Part shown: positions 46,071 through 55,260 of the stretch, in pieces
How positions within the stretch are numbered: the stretch's first letter is position 1
How the letters are laid out: each line of letters begins with the position of its first letter
Assembly: GCA_963968885.1 (NCBI GenBank)
Contig: CAXAGT010000003.1
Coordinates: 431 to 64,430, forward strand
Length of the DNA: 64,000 bases
From: an uncultured Candidatus Poseidoniales archaeon
GTDB lineage: Archaea > Thermoplasmatota > Poseidoniia > Poseidoniales > Poseidoniaceae
Reading direction: 5' to 3'
Notes under the pieces: model-generated
What the model was told of the DNA's origin: nothing
Database searches by the model: none
What the model saw: the letters and a program-made list of their open reading frames with translations, nothing else
Program-made: the position numbers and the translations under genes

Positions 46071-46838
46071 TCATTCTTGTTCCTGAATCATTTTTGCCTG
46101 TTTTTCTTTTAATGCCTCTTCCTTGAGGTTTTTACGATAGACTCTCTTCTCCTCATTAGTCATCATTTCCCACATCCAAGAATCTGCTTTTTGCGAGAAA
46201 TAGAACACTGTCGGTACAATAAATACCCAAGCTAGAAGGTCAAAGAAAGCATAGTAAATAACTGTCAGATTCAAAATTCTCCATATCCCTGCTCTGAAAA
46301 TTGCACCCCACTTTCTACCGTTTAGCATTAAATAGCCTTGGTAGCAGGTGATTATTGCCTCGGCTCTAGGTATTACCAAAACATATCCTAAAATGGACAA
46401 AATTAATTTTAGATTAAGCCAAGATTGGTAATAACCTAATGACATGAATATCATTACCATCGTAAACATTGCACCAACGGCTAAACCGAATGCCCAACCT
46501 GCAGTCATGTGCGCATGTTCATCTCTGACCCTTTCTCTTCTGAGAATAAAATGGGCGCACAATCCCATTCCAATTACAACAAAAAATAAGTCAAGAATGC
46601 TTACTCCTCTAGTTGGATTTCCTCCCTCGATTACCATGAGATAATAAGGTTCGAATAATGATATATGCCCAAATGAAGCGGTCAAAGCTCCCAAGACCAT
46701 TCCCCAGAAAATCTGAGCCCAAGCAGTTGATTGATCGTATACAGCATGGTACTTGGTCATCAACCCACGCCAACCGACATAGATTCCAATTAGGGCTAGT
46801 CCTGCAGATAGTTGGAAAACCACTGCTTCACTTGCCAT
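46071..46838 (-). CDS. hypothetical polytopic membrane protein
   Basis: About 7 TM helices and a charged C-terminal tail. No motif recognised. Confidence 0.4.
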   Translation of the reverse strand: MASEAVVFQLSAGLALIGIYVGWRGLMTKYHAVYDQSTAWAQIFWGMVLGALTASFGHISLFEPYYLMVIEGGNPTRGVSILDLFFVVIGMGLCAHFILRRERVRDEHAHMTAGWAFGLAVGAMFTMVMIFMSLGYYQSWLNLKLILSILGYVLVIPRAEAIITCYQGYLMLNGRKWGAIFRAGIWRILNLTVIYYAFFDLLAWVFIVPTVFYFSQKADSWMWEMMTNEEKRVYRKNLKEEALKEKQAKMIQEQE

Positions 46839-46928
46839 GTCGTGTCCATAATCTTTCCATTCATGAATTAAGAGGTCTATTTAGTGGGAATTCAATAGAT
46901 TCAAAACAAACACCAACAACGGCGAGAC

Positions 46929-48311
46929 ATGGCACTGGAAGGTCTGTCAAAGGGAATCTTCAGGTCACTTGGTGTTCTAAAATCCAGGAGAAGAATTGAC
47001 GAGGATGAACTAAGAGAGATGACTCGTTCTTTGCGAAGGGCACTCCAAGAAGCTGATTTTAACGTACGTCAGACAAAAGAAATAGTTGAAAAATTAGAAT
47101 CCAGAATGAGGGAAGAGGAGCCTAGACCAGGAATAAACCTACAGACTCATGCAATCAACATTCTTTACACAGAAATGGTAAGGTTATTGGGCCCTGCTCA
47201 CGATTTTAGACCCTACGGGGCAACTATCCTTCTGGTTGGTTTGTATGGTCAAGGTAAGACAACCACAACTGCAAAATTGGCAGAATGGTACAGAAAAAGG
47301 TTTGGAATAAAAGTAGCAGTTATTGAAGCTGACGTTCACAGACCGGGTGCTTATGCTCAACTTTCACAACTTTTAGAGGACACAAGCGTAACAGTTTATG
47401 GAGAGCCAGAAACAAAAGATGCTCCTACGATTGTGAAAAATGGTCTAAAGGAATGTGCAGCAGCAGATTTAGTTATTGTTGACACAGCAGGTCGTCACCA
47501 ATTGGATGAAGAGTTAGTTGACGAGTTAGAAGAAATTGCTGAAATTACACAAGCTGACCAAAGATGGTTGGTTATTGATGCACAAGTTGGACAGGCTGCA
47601 GGACCAGTAGCAGCATCTTTCCACGATCTAGCAGGCGTTAACGGGATTGTAATCACGAAGTTGGATGGTACCGCAAGGGGTGGTGGTGCGCTTTCTGCAG
47701 TAGCCGCAACAGGTGCTCCAATTGTTCACATTGGTGTGGGGGAGCAGGTGAAAGATTTGGAGAAATTCGAATCTGATAGGTTCATTTCAAGGTTACTGGG
47801 AATGGGAGATATTCAAGGTTTAATCGATCTTGCACCCGAAGATTTAGACCATGAAGAAGCAATGAGAATTACACAGAGAATGATGTCGGGAAGATTCACT
47901 CTCAACGACATGTACAAACAAATGGAAATGATGTCAAAAGTAGGAACAATAGACAAATTGATGTCCTTTTTGCCAGGAAATCTTCTAGGAGGAATGGGCA
48001 ATATGTCTAAGGCTCAAAAAGAACTGATGCAATCAAATCTTGACAAGTACCAAGTCATAATGGATTCAATGACTGTGTGGGAGAAGAATGAACCTGCAAA
48101 ACTCAAGGCGGATAGAGTTCGAAGAATCGCTAGAGGAGCTGGGGTCAACGAAAAAGAAGTTCGTGAGTTAATCGGTCAATGGCGCAGGTCAAGAAAAATG
48201 ATGAAGGGTATGGGCGGAAACAGAAGGCTCAACAAACAAATGCGCAAGATGATGAAGGATGGAGATATGGGCGATATGGCAGATTTTGACCCAAATCAAC
48301 TCAGTCTCTAA
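46929..48311 (+). CDS. srp54: signal recognition particle protein SRP54
   Basis: GLYGQGKTTT, DTAGR and TKLDGTARGG, plus a Met-rich M domain. Confidence 0.93.
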   Translation: MALEGLSKGIFRSLGVLKSRRRIDEDELREMTRSLRRALQEADFNVRQTKEIVEKLESRMREEEPRPGINLQTHAINILYTEMVRLLGPAHDFRPYGATILLVGLYGQGKTTTTAKLAEWYRKRFGIKVAVIEADVHRPGAYAQLSQLLEDTSVTVYGEPETKDAPTIVKNGLKECAAADLVIVDTAGRHQLDEELVDELEEIAEITQADQRWLVIDAQVGQAAGPVAASFHDLAGVNGIVITKLDGTARGGGALSAVAATGAPIVHIGVGEQVKDLEKFESDRFISRLLGMGDIQGLIDLAPEDLDHEEAMRITQRMMSGRFTLNDMYKQMEMMSKVGTIDKLMSFLPGNLLGGMGNMSKAQKELMQSNLDKYQVIMDSMTVWEKNEPAKLKADRVRRIARGAGVNEKEVRELIGQWRRSRKMMKGMGGNRRLNKQMRKMMKDGDMGDMADFDPNQLSL

Positions 48312-48312
48312 A

Positions 48313-49857
48313 TCAATATGATTTTGCTAACAAGACTCTTCTTTTCGTTTGTTTGCCAGTCATGTGGCAAGGTAATGAATTCTCATATTCAGTGGTTGCA
48401 TCACCTAGGAAAGACAATCCAGTTGCTCTTTCTATAATTTCAGCATGGGCATCAGTTCCATCAAATGCCATTTCATATATGTGACCCTCAGAAATCTCAC
48501 CTTGCATTGACCATTCACCATCAGTTTCAACAAATTGAGGCAAAGGTTGGATTACATTATCCATGTGTGCCATAGATCTTCTTCTCAGTTCATCAGATAC
48601 TTCCCCTAGGACTCTGCCAACTTCATCTTCAATTTTATCAATTGATAGTGGTTCTTTGCCACCGGTTCTCTTAGCTGCAAACGCAGTGCCTTGGGCAATA
48701 TCTCTCGGACCTACATCCAATCTTAACGGGACTCCTTTTATTTCCCAATCATAATATTTCTGACCAGGTCTGATATCTCTTGAATCAACTTTGACTCTGT
48801 AACCAGAGTCCCGTAATCTTTCAGCAATTTCATTACTTACGGAAATTGTATCAACTTCAGAATTTTTCCTAATCATTGGACAAATTACAACCTGGAATGG
48901 AGCGATTGCTGGGGGCATGATTAGACCATTGTTATCTCCGTGCATCCCTACAACTGCGCCTAGTAGTCGTTCTGACATACCATATGTTGTTTGATGGACA
49001 TGTTGCTGTTTCGCCTCTAAGTTTTCGTATGTAATGTCAAATGCTTTTGCCCACTGGTCCCTGTAATGATGACAAGATGCAACCTGTAATACTTTGCCAT
49101 TTGGCATGATAGCGTCTATTGCAATAGTATACCATGCTCCGGGGAAAGTATCCCAGACAGGCCTCTTTGCTTTTATCACGGGCAAGCATAATTTCTCCAT
49201 TAACCTGTCAACAATTTCTAAATCTTGCTTTATTTGTCTTGATGCACATTCCTCATCTGCATGTGCCGTGTGTGCTTCAAAAAAGTGAATTTCTCTAACT
49301 CTAATGAAAGATCTTGTTTGTTTTGTTTCATACCTGAACGTGTTTACCATTTGATATATCTTCAAAGGTAAATCCTTGTGGCTTCTAATCCACAAAGGGA
49401 ACATTGTGTACATTGCAGTTTCGCTTGTTGGCCTTAGGAACATTGGAATATCTAGCTCATCCTCGCCAGCATGCTTCACCCAGTAAACTTCTTTCTTGAA
49501 ACCTGCTTCTTCCTCATCATCTCTTAATTCGTCTGGGTTGACACCTTCTTCTCTTGCCCTCTTTAGCCTAGCGACCAGAGCATTTTCTTTCTCTAGAAGA
49601 TTTTCCGGAATCAACAGGGGAAAATTAACTTCTTCATGTTCAGTTCTTTCCATTTCTTTGTGGGTAAGAGAATCAATTAATTTCATTGTTTTCCAACCAT
49701 ATGGTCTCCAGACATCCATTCCCTTAATCGGGTATCTCTTGTCTACTAATTCTGAGGCTTCAACTATGAAAGGGTACCATTCTGTAAATGCGTCATCCTT
49801 TGATGGAATACCACGCTTGGCTTTACCATGGCCTTGGCTCATGGTTAATTCTCGCAA
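48313..49857 (-). CDS. proS: prolyl-tRNA synthetase (archaeal/eukaryal type)
   Basis: Class II motifs (FRYETKQTRSFIRVREIHFFEAHTAH). The anticodon-binding and C-terminal domains are typical of the archaeal type. Confidence 0.9.
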   Translation of the reverse strand: MRELTMSQGHGKAKRGIPSKDDAFTEWYPFIVEASELVDKRYPIKGMDVWRPYGWKTMKLIDSLTHKEMERTEHEEVNFPLLIPENLLEKENALVARLKRAREEGVNPDELRDDEEEAGFKKEVYWVKHAGEDELDIPMFLRPTSETAMYTMFPLWIRSHKDLPLKIYQMVNTFRYETKQTRSFIRVREIHFFEAHTAHADEECASRQIKQDLEIVDRLMEKLCLPVIKAKRPVWDTFPGAWYTIAIDAIMPNGKVLQVASCHHYRDQWAKAFDITYENLEAKQQHVHQTTYGMSERLLGAVVGMHGDNNGLIMPPAIAPFQVVICPMIRKNSEVDTISVSNEIAERLRDSGYRVKVDSRDIRPGQKYYDWEIKGVPLRLDVGPRDIAQGTAFAAKRTGGKEPLSIDKIEDEVGRVLGEVSDELRRRSMAHMDNVIQPLPQFVETDGEWSMQGEISEGHIYEMAFDGTDAHAEIIERATGLSFLGDATTEYENSLPCHMTGKQTKRRVLLAKSY

Positions 49858-49891
49858 CTCGGTGTGTTATGTAAATGTCGGAAAGACTGAA

Positions 49892-50488
49892 TCACTTCTT
49901 GCGAATCGTGAATAATAGCATGATAATCAAAACCACGCCAGCAACAACATCAGGAATTCCGTAAACACCGTTAGTTATCGGCTCTGACCACGCGTAACCA
50001 GTTTCTATTTTCCAAAAATCAAGTAGATTTAGTCTGGTATAGCCATCCACTGGACAGATGTCTCCCTCTATGCAATTTCCACCAAGGAAAGAAAACGCCC
50101 CGAATAGGTTTGCAATAACTACGCCTAGACCGAGTAGGGATGGTATGAATAGTATACTTCTCTTCTTTGTTTTTAGAACAGGCTCACTTGGAATTGGTGC
50201 ATTAAGAGCAGGGGTAGGAAGTTGTGCGGATAATCCAATGTTTGGTTCTTCTCCTTCAACAACTTCGATCATCAAATCCATTGGATTTGATGTATTTTCG
50301 ATTTGGGTTGCGTTTACCGTTGTCTCTCCTTCAATAAGGTCTCTAGCTTTCTTCGGCTTGACATTTGGATCAATTTTCACACCGTATACTCTATCTGCAA
50401 TGCTGGCTAGAGTTGGATTTCTTGCTAATTCAGCAGCATCAATTTTGCCGTCTAAAAGTCTGATTAACTCATCTGGTGAACCCGACAT
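49892..50488 (-). CDS. hypothetical membrane protein
   Basis: 198 aa with two hydrophobic segments. No recognised motif. Confidence 0.35.
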   Translation of the reverse strand: MSGSPDELIRLLDGKIDAAELARNPTLASIADRVYGVKIDPNVKPKKARDLIEGETTVNATQIENTSNPMDLMIEVVEGEEPNIGLSAQLPTPALNAPIPSEPVLKTKKRSILFIPSLLGLGVVIANLFGAFSFLGGNCIEGDICPVDGYTRLNLLDFWKIETGYAWSEPITNGVYGIPDVVAGVVLIIMLLFTIRKK

Positions 50489-50556
50489 TTACGCTCCTCC
50501 CTTTGATGGCCAAATAACCATCATTCATCAAGACTCCTTTTTTTGAAGAAGTTATT

Positions 50557-51219
50557 TCAAGCGTTTCCAGCGGCTTCAACTTCAGCCCAGTCCTTCATAA
50601 ATTGGTCAAGACCCTTGTCTGTTAAGGGATGTTTCATAAGTTGCTTGAAAATTTTAGCTGGCATTGTTGCCGTATGTGCTCCCAATTGGATGCACTGTAA
50701 AACGTGTGTTGGATGTCGAATAGAAGCCGCTAGAACCTTTGTTTTGATCTCTGGATAACTTGCCCAAGTATTCATTATCTCTGCGATTAGATTTACTCCA
50801 TCATGTCCAGTGTCATCTATCCTTCCCAAAAATGGAGAAACGTAAGTTGCTCCTGCTTTGGCAGCCATCAATGCTTGGGAAGCAGAAAATATCAGTGTTA
50901 CATTTGTATCGATTCCTTTGTCAGTCAAGATTTTTGTTGCGGCTAATCCTTCCGGTGTGCACGGGATTTTGATGATTACATTTTCAGGTAATTCAGATTT
51001 CAATTCAAGTGCTTGGGAAATCATTCCATCAGTGTCTAATGCGGTTACTTCTGCAGATATTGGTCCATTGCAGATTTCAGCAATCTCGGTAACAACCTTT
51101 TTGAAATCTCTACCACTTTTCTTAATCAAGGAAGGGTTTGTTGTTACACCATCAAGTATTCCCCAAGCAGCAATTTCTCTTATTTCATCAACATCAGCAG
51201 TATCTAAAAAGAACTCCAT
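50557..51219 (-). CDS. transaldolase / fructose-6-phosphate aldolase (TalC/Fsa type)
   Basis: [15 protein letters not shown] and the Schiff-base Lys context VIIKIP. 220 aa. Confidence 0.88.
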   Translation of the reverse strand: MEFFLDTADVDEIREIAAWGILDGVTTNPSLIKKSGRDFKKVVTEIAEICNGPISAEVTALDTDGMISQALELKSELPENVIIKIPCTPEGLAATKILTDKGIDTNVTLIFSASQALMAAKAGATYVSPFLGRIDDTGHDGVNLIAEIMNTWASYPEIKTKVLAASIRHPTHVLQCIQLGAHTATMPAKIFKQLMKHPLTDKGLDQFMKDWAEVEAAGNA

Positions 51220-51267
51220 GCTATTTCGAATAAGAGGGGATTATTCATCTTATTGCATTGTGAATAA

Positions 51268-52209
51268 TCAAGAATCTCTACGAGAGATTGCGTTTTTCGC
51301 TGCTTTTGCGATATATTTAGAGTTCAAACCAAGCATTTCTAACATTTCATCAGCTTGACCAGATTCTCCAAACCTATCCTGAACTCCTACCATCTCCAAA
51401 ACACATGGTTTGTTCTTTGCAAGATATTCAGCAACAGCACCACCAAGTCCTCCTATGACCGAATGATCTTCTGCTGTAACAAGAGCACCAGTTTCCGAAA
51501 CTAGTCTATCGATTAGTTCGCTGTCAAGGGGTTTTATTGTGTGCATATCGACTACAGTCGCATCAATTCCTTCGCTTGCTAAATGTTCTGCAGCTTTTAG
51601 AGCTTCTGAAACTAGCACCCCACAGGCTATTATTGCGACATCAGAACCTTGCCTGTTGATGATACCTTTTCCAATTTCTATTTCGTTTTCCCTGCCATCA
51701 TACAAAACTGGCGTTTTATTTCTAGCAGTTCTTGTGTAAGATGGTGACTTTTTGTTAACTAGTTGCTTTGTCAAAATTCTTGTGGAAACATCATCCGCTG
51801 GGTGCATGACAACGACATTTGGCAATGTTCTGTAGATTGCTAAATCTTCTATAGATTGAGCGCTAGAACCGTCTGTTCCAGTGTGGGTTCCACCGTGAGA
51901 ACCACAAACGTGAACTGGGAGATTCGGTCTTGCTACCCCATTTCTCATTTGTTCAAATGCCCTCTCCGTGAATATTGCAAATGTGCTTGCAAACGGTATA
52001 TATCCACTAGATGCTAAACCTGCGCCCACAAGTAACATATTTTGTTCACCTATGCCACAGGATATGGTTCTGTTTGGATACTCCTTTCTAAAATGCAAAG
52101 ATTTGGTTGATTTACCTAGGTCAGCCTCTAACACAACCACTTTCTCATTGTCTGCGAGTTCAAGCAATGCTTGTCCATAACCGTCTCTTGTTGCAGCCAT
52201 TCTTGTCAT
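51268..52209 (-). CDS. transketolase, C-terminal subunit
   Basis: GIGEQNM, THTGTDGSSAQSIEDL. 4-nt overlap with the N-terminal subunit gene. Confidence 0.9.
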   Translation of the reverse strand: MTRMAATRDGYGQALLELADNEKVVVLEADLGKSTKSLHFRKEYPNRTISCGIGEQNMLLVGAGLASSGYIPFASTFAIFTERAFEQMRNGVARPNLPVHVCGSHGGTHTGTDGSSAQSIEDLAIYRTLPNVVVMHPADDVSTRILTKQLVNKKSPSYTRTARNKTPVLYDGRENEIEIGKGIINRQGSDVAIIACGVLVSEALKAAEHLASEGIDATVVDMHTIKPLDSELIDRLVSETGALVTAEDHSVIGGLGGAVAEYLAKNKPCVLEMVGVQDRFGESGQADEMLEMLGLNSKYIAKAAKNAISRRDS

Positions 52210-53027
52210 GCACTCACCCCCAGTTCTTGCATTGCTTGCTCAAATTGTTCATCATTTGGTGCTGCTCCGTGGAAAGATGGATTATCTTCCATATATGATA
52301 CACCTTTTCCTTTGATGGTTTGAGCAACCAATATGCTAGGCTTATCATTGGTATTAGCTAAAAAATCAAGCCCTTCTAGTATTTCTGACATATTGTGTCC
52401 ATCTATTTCCTTAACTGCCCAACCAAATGATTTCCATTTCCCAACTATGTCGAACATACGCATTTGCTCTTCACAAAAGTCATCATTTTGTATTCTGTTT
52501 CTATCGAGTATGACTTTCAGATTTCCTACCTCATGATGAGCTGCAGCCATTGCCGCTTCCCAAACGCTTCCTTCTTGTATTTCGCCATCTCCAAGCATTA
52601 CCCAAGATCTTCTTTCAGATCCAGATAATCTACCAGCCATTGCACATCCGAGGCCAAAGGATAATCCCATTCCGAGTGAACCAGCTGAAAAGTCTACACC
52701 TGGACACCATTTCATGTCCACGTGACCTTGGCATTTTCCACCCTTTACCCTGTAACTGTGCAAGTCTTCATGAGATATGAATCCCATATCCGCAAGTAAC
52801 GCATACATTCCTGGAGAGGCATGCCCCTTTGAAAGAATAAATCTGTCCCTATCCTCCCAATCAGGTTCATCGGTTTTTACACGCATGTGATTAGCGTATA
52901 ATGCAACCATTAAGTCAATCTCAGACAGTGATCCTCCGGGATGTCCTGCTTGGGCTCTGTGAACCATCTTGACAATTTCAACTCGGCATCTTCTTGCCAT
53001 TTCTTCAAGTTCGTCCACGGACATCAT
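52206..53027 (-). CDS. transketolase, N-terminal subunit
   Basis: AGHPGGSLS, GDGEIQEGSVWEA (TPP-binding). Confidence 0.9.
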   Translation of the reverse strand: MMSVDELEEMARRCRVEIVKMVHRAQAGHPGGSLSEIDLMVALYANHMRVKTDEPDWEDRDRFILSKGHASPGMYALLADMGFISHEDLHSYRVKGGKCQGHVDMKWCPGVDFSAGSLGMGLSFGLGCAMAGRLSGSERRSWVMLGDGEIQEGSVWEAAMAAAHHEVGNLKVILDRNRIQNDDFCEEQMRMFDIVGKWKSFGWAVKEIDGHNMSEILEGLDFLANTNDKPSILVAQTIKGKGVSYMEDNPSFHGAAPNDEQFEQAMQELGVSA

Positions 53028-53088
53028 AACAGGGTCTCCTGTTGTTGTGTTGAAGAATTGGGTCTTTGAGGATTTCAGTCAATAATTA

Positions 53089-55197
53089 TCAAAGGAAGTA
53101 TCGTAAAATCGGTGAAAATATTGTACCTAACCTCTTTGCTGCATTAATCAATATCATTTTTACATCTTTCATTAAATTGCCAGAATTTGGTAATTGACTC
53201 CAAACAAACATCATGAATACTCCTACAAACCAAGCAAAGAATACAAGAGACAAGAAATTTCCAAGAGTGTTTATCCCTAATATTTCATAGAGTTTAATGT
53301 CTAGAACTTCCATTGCAGCGATAACGACTCCTAGAAGAGATTCCCCAGCTATAAATCCAGCACCAATTAAGACACCTCTAGCCTCCACTTTTGACATTGC
53401 TTCCTTGGCTGCATCTGATGGTTCGGAATCGAGATTTCCATCGATTCTAATGATGGCTGATTGCATTGCAATTGCGCTTATCACGCCACCGATCATTATT
53501 GGAACGCTTAATCCTAATGGAAGATAAATACCGATTGCTACAGACATAACTGGCATTTTTCTCCAAATTAAAACGGCTGCAATTAATGCTCCAAGCAATA
53601 CCATCTGGAAATTAATATCCCCAGTAAATGCACCTTGTGTTATTGCTCCAATAAGTTCCGCTTGTGGAGCGAGTAAGGCTGATGAGCAATCTGCGACACC
53701 GTTGTTGACAATTATAGGATCCATTTCGCATGCGGTTACAGTAATTCTGTATGCATCATGCAATAATGTCAAAGTCGGTCCGATAATTATCGCTCCGGTC
53801 ACGACACCAATCACTTCTGCAATTTGTTGTTTCCAAGGAGTTGCTCCAAGCATATGACCAGTCTTCAGATCTTGCATTACATCTCCGGCAATCGCTGCAG
53901 AAGTAGCGACGATAGAAGCAATAAGCAAGGTAGCAAGCATCAATTCCTGAGTTGACAAATCTAGGATTAAATCTCCAATGACCCAAACGAGTAGAACAGT
54001 GAATAGTAATGTTGCTATTGTCATACCAGATACAGGTGAGTTCGATGAGCCGACAACACCAGCGATGTAACCTGCTACTGCTGCAAAGAAAAATGCAACA
54101 CAAGCTAGGAAGAGTGCACCGGCTAGAGCAAGAAGAAATGAGTTAGTGCTTGTCCAATAGAATATGAAAGTGCAGACAACTATAACAGCACAAATAAAAA
54201 TCACATTTGTCAATGGTAGATCCTTCTCAGTTCTCAATGAATCATCATTGGATGAAAATGATTGTTTGAAAGATTTTGATAAACCCGTGATTATTGTTTT
54301 TCGCATGGACCATAGAGTGTAAATTCCTCCAACTACCATTGCTCCAACTCCGGCGTACCTAATCTGAGTTTTCCAGAGGTAACTAAAACCCTCTACACCG
54401 GTCCCAGTTGCAGGCCAGCCGTTTATGAATCCGTAAAGTGGAACTAAAATCCCGAATCCAATTATTCCACCAAAGAAAATGAATGATGCTATACGGATGC
54501 CAACGATATACCCAACTGAAAATAAGGCTATGGACAGGTCTATGCCACCGTAAAATTTGGTTCCTAGGAAATTCACAGTTCCTTCTACTGAGTGGTGAAC
54601 AGCTTTTGTTCCTTTGACTATTAAGCCGTATAGTGCGCCAATTCCCAAAGCGTATAGAATTGCAATAAGTCCGTCACCACCAGTTTCTCCAGCAATGAGA
54701 ACTTCCTTGCAAGCTACTCCTTCTGGATAAGGAAGTGCTTCTTCAACTATGAACAGGCGCCTCAAAGCGATTGTGAACATAGTCCCCAATAGTCCACCCA
54801 AGAGAGAAATAATGAGTGTTGGTAACCATTCAATTTCTATCCACAATCCGGCAACTAGGAGTGCAGGGATGGTGAATATTACTCCTGCTGCGAGAGATTC
54901 TCCCGCACTTGCCATTGTCTGCACAGAATTGTTTTCTAGGATACTAACGTCGTCGAAAAGTAATCTGAGAATAATCATCGACATTACAGCAGCAGGTATC
55001 GATGCAGATACGGTCATACCTGCATACAGTCCGAGGTAAGCATTGGCTGCGGTCATAACTAAACCGATTATAACTCCAACAATCACAACTCTTGCAGTAA
55101 GTTCTCTGGGAGACTCAAGTGGAGAAATGTATGGTACACTTGCATCCGCCATACTATACGCTACGCTATTCGGGTTGTGAATTAATCGGTTGGACAA
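53089..55197 (-). CDS. OPT-family oligopeptide transporter
   Basis: QDLKTGHMLGATPWKQQIAEVIG motif. About 16 TM helices. Confidence 0.8.
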   Translation of the reverse strand: MSNRLIHNPNSVAYSMADASVPYISPLESPRELTARVVIVGVIIGLVMTAANAYLGLYAGMTVSASIPAAVMSMIILRLLFDDVSILENNSVQTMASAGESLAAGVIFTIPALLVAGLWIEIEWLPTLIISLLGGLLGTMFTIALRRLFIVEEALPYPEGVACKEVLIAGETGGDGLIAILYALGIGALYGLIVKGTKAVHHSVEGTVNFLGTKFYGGIDLSIALFSVGYIVGIRIASFIFFGGIIGFGILVPLYGFINGWPATGTGVEGFSYLWKTQIRYAGVGAMVVGGIYTLWSMRKTIITGLSKSFKQSFSSNDDSLRTEKDLPLTNVIFICAVIVVCTFIFYWTSTNSFLLALAGALFLACVAFFFAAVAGYIAGVVGSSNSPVSGMTIATLLFTVLLVWVIGDLILDLSTQELMLATLLIASIVATSAAIAGDVMQDLKTGHMLGATPWKQQIAEVIGVVTGAIIIGPTLTLLHDAYRITVTACEMDPIIVNNGVADCSSALLAPQAELIGAITQGAFTGDINFQMVLLGALIAAVLIWRKMPVMSVAIGIYLPLGLSVPIMIGGVISAIAMQSAIIRIDGNLDSEPSDAAKEAMSKVEARGVLIGAGFIAGESLLGVVIAAMEVLDIKLYEILGINTLGNFLSLVFFAWFVGVFMMFVWSQLPNSGNLMKDVKMILINAAKRLGTIFSPILRYFL

Positions 55198-55260
55198 AAT
55201 AAAATAACCATCATCATCATATATCGCATTAGGTTAGGATATTTTGTCCAAACTTGGGCG

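Noticed and set aside
50058-51358. Two long plus-strand ORFs (162 and 166 aa) antisense to the hypothetical membrane gene and the transaldolase gene
   Set aside because: They are S/A/I-rich shadows. The transaldolase on the minus strand is unambiguous.
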